From assembly GCA_963677495.2 (NCBI GenBank), contig CAXXOU010000004.1, positions 32,001 through 96,000 on the forward strand: 64,000 nt of DNA, written 5' to 3'. Below are positions 29,857 through 38,326 of this stretch, piece by piece (the first letter of the stretch is position 1; the number at the start of each line of letters is the position of its first letter). The notes beneath the pieces are model-generated. The model did not search any database and was not told the origin of the DNA. It saw only the letters and a program-made list of their open reading frames with translations. The stretch comes from Candidatus Cloacimonadales bacterium. Its GTDB lineage: Bacteria; Cloacimonadota; Cloacimonadia; Cloacimonadales; JAFGVF01. The position numbers and the translations under genes were made by a program.

Positions 29857-31063
29857 TCTGCAGAAAGTGGCTATCAAGAGCTTGATGAAGAATAAGATGA
29901 GAAGCCTTCTTACTTCTCTTGGTGTTATCATTGGTGTGAGTTCCGTGATTGTTATGGTTGCAATCGGAGAAGGCTCTCAGAAGAAGATAAAAGAGTCGTT
30001 CGCTTCGATGGGTACAAACATGCTGATGATTTCGCCTAACTGGCATAAATCCAGAGGTGTTAGCTCAGGATCAAGTGGTACTTCCTACCGCTTATCATAT
30101 GATGATATTGATTATATAAAAGCTACATGTCCAAGTGTCTCAGCAGTTTCAGCTGTTATCAGAGCTAGTGGGCAGATAATTGGTGGTACAGGTAATTGGA
30201 ATTGCTCAATTGAAGGTGTTGACCCGGGATACTTTGAGATTAGAGATTGGGATTTATCAAATGGCACTATCTTCTCAATGCGAGATGTGAACTCAAAAAA
30301 GAAGGTGTGCATTATCGGGCAAACTGTAGCTGATGAGCTCTTTCCTAATGACGACCCTGTCGGTCAGAGATTAAGGATTAGAAACATACCTTTCAAGATT
30401 ATTGGAGTATTATCGGAAAAGGGTGAAAACTCTTGGGGACAGGATCAGGATGATGTTGTCTTTGCTCCTTCAAAAACAGTTTTGTACAGACTAAAAGGTC
30501 GAAGAGATGTAGACAGGATTTATGCTTGTGCAGCATCGGAAGACTTGATGTCTGAAGCTGAAGAGGAGATTGATACAGCTCTCAGAACAACTCATAAGCT
30601 TTCTCCCGGTGAAGAAGCAGACTTCCGACTCAGAAATCAAACAGAGATGCTAGAGATGGCATCGGATACAAGTAAAACCCTTACAATGTTATTGGGTTCA
30701 ATAGCGGGAGTATCACTTCTAGTTGGAGGTATTGGCATAATGAATATCATGCTTGTGTCAGTGACTGAAAGAACGCGTGAGATTGGTATAAGACTCTCAC
30801 TCGGAGCACGTGGACGTGATGTGCTATTACAGTTCTTAACAGAGGCTATTGTACTAAGTCTAACGGGAGGATTGCTTGGAATTGCCCTTGCATTCGGGAT
30901 AGCAGAGATTGTACGCAATGCATCTGAGATGACACCATATATAAATCCGGCAATCGTGTTCATGGCATTCGGCTTCTCCGGTGCTGTCGGTATCTTCTTT
31001 GGATATTATCCGGCAAGGAAAGCAGCAAATCTTAATCCAATTGATGCTTTAAGATACGAATAA
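29843..31063 (+). CDS. MacB/FtsX-type ABC permease
   Basis: NKMRSLLTSLGVIIGV, VGGIGIMNIMLVSVTERTREIG, YPARKAANLNPIDALRYE. Confidence 0.93.
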   Translation: MKWSNLQKVAIKSLMKNKMRSLLTSLGVIIGVSSVIVMVAIGEGSQKKIKESFASMGTNMLMISPNWHKSRGVSSGSSGTSYRLSYDDIDYIKATCPSVSAVSAVIRASGQIIGGTGNWNCSIEGVDPGYFEIRDWDLSNGTIFSMRDVNSKKKVCIIGQTVADELFPNDDPVGQRLRIRNIPFKIIGVLSEKGENSWGQDQDDVVFAPSKTVLYRLKGRRDVDRIYACAASEDLMSEAEEEIDTALRTTHKLSPGEEADFRLRNQTEMLEMASDTSKTLTMLLGSIAGVSLLVGGIGIMNIMLVSVTERTREIGIRLSLGARGRDVLLQFLTEAIVLSLTGGLLGIALAFGIAEIVRNASEMTPYINPAIVFMAFGFSGAVGIFFGYYPARKAANLNPIDALRYE

Positions 31064-31106
31064 ATATGGAGTGCATTGACTTTGTCAATGTGATGATAAA
31101 TAGTTT

Positions 31107-31138
31107 AAGGAGTTCTTTAGAAAGAGCTCCTTTCTTTT
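31107..31138 (+). terminator. Intrinsic terminator
   Basis: AAGGAGTTCTT..AAGAGCTCCTT stem followed by a T-rich tail. Confidence 0.7.
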
Positions 31139-31362
31139 ATATGGGATAAGCTCGTAAGCCGATAGGAAACAACTTCCTGAGCGCTTGGTTGGCTATAGTG
31201 GATATCAGTAGCAGTCCCCAAGCTCGTAAACTCGCACAGGTGACTGCTAATATATTTGTAGATTGACTTATATTTTGTGTTATAGGCAGTGATAAGCTCT
31301 TTCCAAGCTGGGAGTCTAAAGCTATTGGAGATTTTCTAAGACTTCGATAGTATCCTCACTCT

Positions 31363-32097
31363 TTAAAAGCTTATCCCAATACCTGCATAAGGAACAAAAT
31401 CACGTAGTCCCGGATGTTCAGGTTCTTCATCAATTGGTACTGCATCAGAGTTGTTCTGGAACCAGCCATAATCATCTTCATAGTACCAATAACGTTTTTC
31501 ATCGTAATTATCTTTGTTGATATAAGCACCAAACTCAATTGTTGTGGAGACATACTTGTTTAGTTTCTTCTCAATTTCTATATGCATATCGAATGGTATT
31601 GTTGAACTATGCCAAATCCTTTTATCTTTTCCATCTTCAATAATCACAAGTTCCAGTCTCTCTCCGTTATGCTCGAAGTTGTAATTGAATGATGTCGCAA
31701 GCTTAAAGTCGGCTTCAATCATTACTCGTGCCATTCTGTCTTTGGAGTAAAAAGCATGTCCTAAGCTAACAGATGCAAAGGTAAACTGAGTAAACTCCGG
31801 TGAGATTGTGAAGTCATTAAGTCCACCAAACCCAATTGTCCAATAGTTGCGTTCTTTTTCATTTGTAGGTATAAACAATGTCCTTTTCAAAACAAAGGGT
31901 ATTCTAACCATAACATTGCTTTGATAACCTCCTATCAGAAAGGGAGATTTTGACCTTTCATTCTTTGAAAATAATCCCTGGAGTGTCTCTGTTTCCCAAA
32001 ATGAGCCATCATCTACGTTTGCTAAACTATCTGCAACTTCTGTTGCAAATACCGAAAATGATATGATTAAGATTGAAATAATTAAAATAGCCTTCAT
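31363..32097 (-). CDS. Exported probable beta-barrel protein, homologous to the C-terminal domain of the PEGA protein at 35599-38244
   Basis: Signal peptide; C-terminal PIDEEPEHPGLRDFVPYAGIGISF vs PIDGDPDHPMFDGFIPYVGGGIRF. Confidence 0.65.
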   Translation of the reverse strand: MKAILIISILIISFSVFATEVADSLANVDDGSFWETETLQGLFSKNERSKSPFLIGGYQSNVMVRIPFVLKRTLFIPTNEKERNYWTIGFGGLNDFTISPEFTQFTFASVSLGHAFYSKDRMARVMIEADFKLATSFNYNFEHNGERLELVIIEDGKDKRIWHSSTIPFDMHIEIEKKLNKYVSTTIEFGAYINKDNYDEKRYWYYEDDYGWFQNNSDAVPIDEEPEHPGLRDFVPYAGIGISF

Positions 32098-32205
32098 AAC
32101 TTCTCCCTTCACTCTCACAAATTCATAATGCAACTATTATCTGTTAAAATCATTATGTCAAATGTTTTGTAGATATGTAAACCGGTTCCCGCTTTTTCTT
32201 CAGTT

Positions 32206-32360
32206 TCTATCAAAATGCAATCATCCCACTGTTTTCCCACTGTGCACTCACTGTGCACCCACTGAAACAGTGGGTTGGCAGTGCCTTAGCAGTGGTGACA
32301 CAGTGCGAGTACAGTGCGTTGGTAAAAAGTTCAGTGAAAGGCAGTGGAAAGGGCATTAAA
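32206..32360. repeat. 11-bp-phased palindromic array, core CACTG/CAGTG (inverted homolog of the 11.0 kb array)
   Basis: CACTG 32227, 32238, 32249, 32260; centre AAA; CAGTG 32268, 32279, 32290, 32301, 32312. Confidence 0.9.
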
Positions 32361-32382
32361 TATAGCTAAGTTACTGCAAAAA

Positions 32383-32820
32383 GCGCTGTGTATGAATTCA
32401 GAAGCTGTCGCAATAGCGACCAAAGGGAGATGGGTGAATAGCGAAAAGAGGTAATAATCGATTTCGTGACAAGACGCACCAACGCAGATGGTGCACTCCA
32501 TAATTGTAAGTTGTTGCAAATCGCGCTGTGTATGAATTCAGAAGCTGTCGCAATAGCGACCAAAGGGAGATGGGTGAATAGCGAAAAGAGGTAATAATCG
32601 ATTTCGTGACAAGACGCACCAACGCAGATGGTGCACTCCATAATTGTAAGTTGTTGCAAATCGCACTGTGAATGTATTCTGAAGCTGTCGGAATAGCGAC
32701 CAAAGGGAGATGGGTGAATAGCGAAAAGTGGCAATAATCAAATTCGTGACAAGACGCACCAACGCAGATGGTGCACTCCATAGTTGTAAGTTATTGGAAA
32801 ATGCGCTGTGTATGTTATTC
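32383..32820. repeat. Tandem repeat: three 140-bp units plus a partial fourth (BIME-like)
   Basis: Units start at 32383, 32523, 32663 (partial at 32803); the first two look identical, the third is diverged. Confidence 0.95.
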
Positions 32821-32899
32821 AAACAAACTAACTTTTCACAAACCAATTGACAAGCATAGTTTACATGTCAACATTGAATCAAATGATAGAGGTAGGTGT

Positions 32900-33706
32900 A
32901 TGAGAGTAAGAATACTGATTTTGATTATACTTCTTTCTGTGTCACTTTTTGCAGAAGAGATGGATGACCCGATTTGGACAAGAGTTGAGCATGGTGCCCA
33001 TTATTCAAAGATGAAGATGCCTGTAGAATCATTTACAGGAGAAAACGAAGTTGATGTTTACAAGTTTAATCCGGATTCATTTGCGATAGGCATCTATAAA
33101 GCAAGTCATCCCGTGAATTCAGACTACTGGCATTGGCAGAAGGATATGCTTTGTATTATCAATGCCACCATGGTCGATGAAGACAATGTAACAGCTCTTG
33201 GTGCGATGAAAGGCATAGATTGGGAAGTGGGGGATTCACCAAGTCCCGACATGAACATGATAATGTTTCTGACACCTAGATTTGAAGGAGAGAAGTTTAT
33301 CTTTAGAACAGCTGATGAGAAGGATGTTGTTAAACAGGGGACACGTTATTCTTGTATGACTCAGGGCATTGGACTTATACGAAATGGTAAGAAACTTAAT
33401 TACCATAGTGATATGGTAGCCGGATTCTCTGCTGTTGGAAAAGATAGCCATGGAAACCTTATTTTTATGCTATGTAGGCAACCGTATAGGTTTTCGGAAT
33501 TACCTGGTATCATGGCAAGCTTCAATCTTGATTTAACAGACCTTATGCTTGTAGAAAAAGGGCCCAATGCTTATGTTTCATTTAACAACAGAGAACGAAT
33601 AATCTACCACGTAGGTAGCTATGAGTTCGGTAAATACATGGGGCTTGACAATAAAAGACCAGCACGTGTTCCTTACACAATTGGACTTAAAAGAGGAATT
33701 AAATAG
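32900..33706 (+). CDS. Exported protein, phosphodiester glycosidase (NAGPA)-like
   Basis: Signal peptide; IINATM, SAVGKDSHGNLIF, MLVEKGP (variant of the LDGGGS motif). Confidence 0.55.
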   Translation: MRVRILILIILLSVSLFAEEMDDPIWTRVEHGAHYSKMKMPVESFTGENEVDVYKFNPDSFAIGIYKASHPVNSDYWHWQKDMLCIINATMVDEDNVTALGAMKGIDWEVGDSPSPDMNMIMFLTPRFEGEKFIFRTADEKDVVKQGTRYSCMTQGIGLIRNGKKLNYHSDMVAGFSAVGKDSHGNLIFMLCRQPYRFSELPGIMASFNLDLTDLMLVEKGPNAYVSFNNRERIIYHVGSYEFGKYMGLDNKRPARVPYTIGLKRGIK

Positions 33707-35113
33707 ATGGAAAACTTGAGAATTGCAATCGTAGGAAACATTGGTGTAGGCAAATCAACTCTAGTAAAAGCTGCAAGTACAGAGCCTTTACAACAGCTTC
33801 TTTTGGATGTTTATCCGGAGAAAGATGACATGCAAGGAGTGTTTGCTTTTCAGGAGGAGTTTGACCCAATTGTACTAGATGCATTCTATAAAGATCCTGT
33901 CAAATATGCTTTTATGGCCCAGATTGAATTCTTTAATGGCCGTCTGGATAGGCAAATAAAGATTCAGGGATGTAAAGGTATTGTGCTTGAAGATAGAACT
34001 TTGCATGAGGACTATCACATCTTTGGTAAAGCCCAAAAAGTGCTTAAAAACATGACTGAAGCTGAGTTTAGAACATATTCCAGAACCTTCCATCTAATGA
34101 CAGAAAAAGTAAGTCCTCCTGATTTGGTAGTCTATTTAAGGGCAGATGTTGAGACTGTTTTAGAAAGGATTGCAAAACGTGGACGTGAAAGTGAAAAGCA
34201 GATTGAACCTGAATATCTTAGACTCTTACACGAGCTTTACGAAGAATATATAAACAGATTTGTTGAGTGTCCTGTGCTTGTAATTGATGCGAACAAGAAG
34301 AATGACCTTAGTAAGGAACGTTTCCTTAAAAAGACAATTAAGCAGATTGCAGAGAAGATAAAGAACCTCGAACTTAGAGTTAGTTCTCCAGGCATCGGAG
34401 AGTGGGTAAGATTACCTCAAACAAAAGCAACTTTGAAAGCTGTGGACAGTGAGAAAAGGCTTGAAGAATATCTTAGAGACAACCCGAAACTGATTACTGT
34501 AGCCGGGAATGTTGGGCTTGGCAAATCTACTCTAACTGCAATTATGGAAAGAACTCTTAAGTTAAAAGGTCTCTATGAAGCACCGGAAGAGAATCCACTC
34601 CTTGAAAAGTTTCTCGGTGATAAGAAGAAGTATTGCTTTGAACTGCAAAGGCATTTCCTCAGAATGCGTAGTGAACAACGTTTGCAAGGTAAGAGCGGAG
34701 ACGGAAGCTATATCAAAGACAGATCTTTTGCAGAGGATTTACTGGTCTTCTGCTATCAGTTTGAAAAAGATGGAATCCTCACAGCTGATGAGTTAAATCA
34801 GCTAATCACAGAATTTAAGCAAGTAAATATGACTCTCCCATCAGCAGACCTGATGATCATCCTAAAAGGAAATGCAAAACTCGCCTGGAGTCGAATCCAA
34901 CAACGGGGTCGTGAGATGGAAACAGAGGGTGGTTGGAGTCTATCTGATATCAGAAACCTCAATGAATGGTATCAAACCTATCACAACGATGTGCTTCATT
35001 ATGGTTTTCACAAAGGACCTATCTTAGAAATAGATGTTGAAAAAGTGGATCTTACAAATCGTATCCATTGTGGCTATATTTTTGAACAGATATATGATAT
35101 GCTGAAGGGATAG
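33707..35113 (+). CDS. Tandem two-domain deoxynucleoside kinase
   Basis: GNIGVGKST..EDRT..PDLVVYL..RIAKRGRESE, then GNVGLGKST..KDRS..RIQQRGREME. Confidence 0.88.
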   Translation: MENLRIAIVGNIGVGKSTLVKAASTEPLQQLLLDVYPEKDDMQGVFAFQEEFDPIVLDAFYKDPVKYAFMAQIEFFNGRLDRQIKIQGCKGIVLEDRTLHEDYHIFGKAQKVLKNMTEAEFRTYSRTFHLMTEKVSPPDLVVYLRADVETVLERIAKRGRESEKQIEPEYLRLLHELYEEYINRFVECPVLVIDANKKNDLSKERFLKKTIKQIAEKIKNLELRVSSPGIGEWVRLPQTKATLKAVDSEKRLEEYLRDNPKLITVAGNVGLGKSTLTAIMERTLKLKGLYEAPEENPLLEKFLGDKKKYCFELQRHFLRMRSEQRLQGKSGDGSYIKDRSFAEDLLVFCYQFEKDGILTADELNQLITEFKQVNMTLPSADLMIILKGNAKLAWSRIQQRGREMETEGGWSLSDIRNLNEWYQTYHNDVLHYGFHKGPILEIDVEKVDLTNRIHCGYIFEQIYDMLKG

Positions 35114-35118
35114 TACTC

Positions 35119-35578
35119 TACCTTTCGAATGGTCCCTAGACCTTCGAAATGGTGCTTTTGCATTGTGAAGTTTACTTCTTCGGGATTCACCATTTGCAAG
35201 GTTTACAACCATTCCAAAGGTGAGATTGTGTCCTACCTTTCAAATGTACTTAAGACCTTCGAAATGGTGCTTATATTCCCCTCTCGCAGAGGGGTGTCGT
35301 TTTAACGGTGGAGTGTTTTCTCCTAGAATATACTCTATTAATTCAAACCACGAAAGGCACAGAAAGCACGAAAAGGGATGAATTGATTTAGTGTCCTTTC
35401 GAGTATTTCACGGTTAATTAGTTCAGAGAACCGATTAACTGCTTCGAAAGTTCTACTAAGTGCATTTTAGGAAGTCCGTTCCCGCTACGCAAGCTTCGCA
35501 TCTGACAAACTCCCTGAAATGCGAGAAATTCCTTCGTGATTCACCATTTGCAAGGTTTACAACCATTCCAAAGGTGAG
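35119..35578. repeat. REP-like mosaic of four families
   Basis: Four ACCTT..AGGT-type units (identical 41-mer at 35184 and 35538); ATTCCCCTC..GAGGGG unit 35275-35318; CACGAAA-type IR 35346-35415; unit 35458-35523. Confidence 0.85.
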
Positions 35579-35598
35579 TGTCTAGAGGTGAAGGTAAA

Positions 35599-38244
35599 CT
35601 AAAATCTGATTCCACCACCTACGTAAGGGATAAATCCATCGAACATTGGATGATCTGGATCTCCATCAATTGGCTGTGGAAGGATATTTCCTGTTGACCA
35701 ATCTTTCAGGTCATCTTTATAGTAATACTTTCCTTCCGGACTTCCCATATCAGTAAACACCATAAAACCGGCTTCCAGAGTTAGGAAAGATGAACCCCAT
35801 AACTTTCTTTCAAGACTAACTGATGCGTTAATCGGATTCCAACAGAATAGTGTTGTTTGATCATATTTTAGTTCATTGTCTTCAAACTCAACTTCACCCT
35901 TCACAAATGAGACTCGTTGCCCTTCATATTCCATATTGTATGGGTAGAAGAATTTACCTGATATATCAAGTTCAATATTGAATCTATTGTTACGGTCTGA
36001 AGTCTCAGCAGTCCAACCTACTAATAATGAAGTCATATCTAATCTAAAGAAGTTGTCAGAGACAAGGCCATTTCCCAGTATACTTAAACCGATATAAAAT
36101 GAAGTTTTTTTGTTGTCTAAGAAATTGTCATTATAGGCATAGACTTTAAACAATAAAGGAATATTAACCATTGTATTGTTTTCAGAAACTAGGACTTTGA
36201 TAGGGGCATACATTCCCATGCTTTTATTAGTCATCATAAAAGGCTTCAAAATGCCAACAATGTTCTCATATTGTTCAACTGATCTGACTGTATCATCTTG
36301 GCAATCATAATAGTTCCACAAGTTCTCTTTGCTTAGCTCCATCTTTTTCTGTTTCGCAACTAGTATATCATTTACAACATCAATATCATAATTACCGTTC
36401 TGCTTAATATTTAATTGCTTCTTAAAGCTATAGCCATCAGCGTTATTAATCTCTATAGTATATCTACCTTTATAAGCTAAGGAATACTGAGATTTAAAAC
36501 TACCGTTATAGATGATATCAGATCCTTTCTTTATATTCATATCTAGATTCGACGCTTGATGCTGTAGATTGAAGTTTAAAATATATTGAGCCTTAGGTAA
36601 CTCAATACTCCTAGATAGATCATCTCCGGTGTTAAGTGTAATCGTTTCTTTATGTGTTATGTAGTCATCTTTACCTACAGTCATTTCATATGTACCATAA
36701 GGTATTTCTCTGAATCTGTGTCTGCCAACATGAGAGAACTCTTCTCCTAAATCACCAACCAGGGTTATGTTTGCATCAGCTGGAATTACAGCAACATTGA
36801 GTGTGGCTGTTTGCACCTTAGGATAAAGGTCAAGTGTAACGCGATTATTCTTTTCGATAAGAATTGATTCTTCAATTGATGATGCTTTTGATTGCTCTAC
36901 TTTTATATCGAGCATTTGGGGATTGATTCTATAATCTTTAAGTGGTCCGACATTAGTATAGCCGTTACCAAGGGTGATAGTAGCTCTATCACTAGTATTG
37001 ATAGTAATATATGCTGATACGTCCTCAGGATCATGATTTAATGTTTTGTTATCACCTTTCATCAAGGTAATAGTCTCTGTTATTGTTTCGCAGTATTCCT
37101 GTTCAACTCTAAGGGAATAAGTACCCGGAAGAAGTTTAAGGTCTTCTAAACCACCAATAAAGCTCATACCATTACTCATAAACACAGTTGCCTTCGGAGA
37201 AGTCTTAACTGTAAGCGTTGCAGAAATATCTTCAGGGAAAAGCTCTAGCTGCTTTACTTCTCCTTTTGTTAATACTATATCTTTTGTAATGGTCTCGCAG
37301 AACTCTTTTTCCACAACAATATGTAATGACTGAGGAAGATAAATTTGGTTCATTAGAGAACCTGTGAAGATTTGACCATTAACTGTGACTTTTGCATCAG
37401 GATAAGTGTTAATCGTCAGTGATGCTCTTATATCGCTGAGAACATAGTTCTTTTCAGTTACATCAGTGATAGTAATCTCTTCAACTATTGGTGTGTAGTT
37501 TTCTTTCTCCAATTTGATTGTGTACGTACCCTTAGGGAAGAAACCTGTTTTTGGTGTGTTTCCGAAGTAAGCATTTTTAATGAAGATAGTAGCACCTTCA
37601 GGTTCAGAAGTAATCGTAACGGTTGCGTCCATTGCTTTCTCTAGAGTATAGCTGAAGCTTTGTGAACCTTCTGAGACATTGATTGTCTTCCTTATAACAT
37701 CATAACCATTCTTACGGATTTCAATACTATGCTCACCTGAATTACTTGTAATGCTTAAATTACCTTTAGTTGTAATACCATGGGACTTGCCATCAATGAG
37801 CACCTCGGCATCTGATGGTGTAGTTGAGATCATGATTGGTACTGTTTGCACTTTTTTATCACCTGTAAGTTGGAGTTCATATACTTCACCGGAAGCTATA
37901 TTGTATATACCGTAAGTTGAAAAAACGACTTCAAACTCATTAAATCCTGCTGCATTAACAATGATTCTCTTCTCTTTAGGGGAAACAAATATCTCGTATC
38001 GTCCGGGAGTATTTTTTTTTACAGGACGCACTAACCCTTTAGATGAGCGGAATCTAAAATCAGTATCAAGATCTGTTAATAAGATGACAAGAGCAGCTTG
38101 CTCCATATTCTTATCAATTATACTATCTGATATAATCATTCCACTTTTGAGCTTGGCTTTCCCTTCAATTCTCAGCTCGTTAAGTTCCCCAAATAATATT
38201 GAAGTCAATAATACAAACAAAATAACAATACCAATTCTCTTCAT
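35599..38244 (-). CDS. Multi-PEGA domain exported protein with a probable C-terminal beta-barrel
   Basis: STTPSDAEVLIDGK, TSEPEGATIFI..GNTP PEGA motifs; terminal YVGGGIRF. Confidence 0.8.
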   Translation of the reverse strand: MKRIGIVILFVLLTSILFGELNELRIEGKAKLKSGMIISDSIIDKNMEQAALVILLTDLDTDFRFRSSKGLVRPVKKNTPGRYEIFVSPKEKRIIVNAAGFNEFEVVFSTYGIYNIASGEVYELQLTGDKKVQTVPIMISTTPSDAEVLIDGKSHGITTKGNLSITSNSGEHSIEIRKNGYDVIRKTINVSEGSQSFSYTLEKAMDATVTITSEPEGATIFIKNAYFGNTPKTGFFPKGTYTIKLEKENYTPIVEEITITDVTEKNYVLSDIRASLTINTYPDAKVTVNGQIFTGSLMNQIYLPQSLHIVVEKEFCETITKDIVLTKGEVKQLELFPEDISATLTVKTSPKATVFMSNGMSFIGGLEDLKLLPGTYSLRVEQEYCETITETITLMKGDNKTLNHDPEDVSAYITINTSDRATITLGNGYTNVGPLKDYRINPQMLDIKVEQSKASSIEESILIEKNNRVTLDLYPKVQTATLNVAVIPADANITLVGDLGEEFSHVGRHRFREIPYGTYEMTVGKDDYITHKETITLNTGDDLSRSIELPKAQYILNFNLQHQASNLDMNIKKGSDIIYNGSFKSQYSLAYKGRYTIEINNADGYSFKKQLNIKQNGNYDIDVVNDILVAKQKKMELSKENLWNYYDCQDDTVRSVEQYENIVGILKPFMMTNKSMGMYAPIKVLVSENNTMVNIPLLFKVYAYNDNFLDNKKTSFYIGLSILGNGLVSDNFFRLDMTSLLVGWTAETSDRNNRFNIELDISGKFFYPYNMEYEGQRVSFVKGEVEFEDNELKYDQTTLFCWNPINASVSLERKLWGSSFLTLEAGFMVFTDMGSPEGKYYYKDDLKDWSTGNILPQPIDGDPDHPMFDGFIPYVGGGIRF

Positions 38245-38326
38245 ACTTACCCTTTATGATTACAGTTTTCTTTATTTGTTAAGGTTTTGGTGTTATGTCA
38301 AGGAATGAGTGAAATATTCCTCTCAA

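Noticed and set aside
32383..32820. CRISPR array
   Set aside because: Whole 140-bp units repeat with no unique spacers; no cas genes in the window.
32162..32846. Overlapping short ORFs on both strands
   Set aside because: They are translations of the tandem repeat and array in several frames; no RBS or recognisable domain.
32847..32871. TTGACA-N13-TGTCAA as an operator
   Set aside because: Equally explained by -35-like hexamers in a divergent region; single instance.
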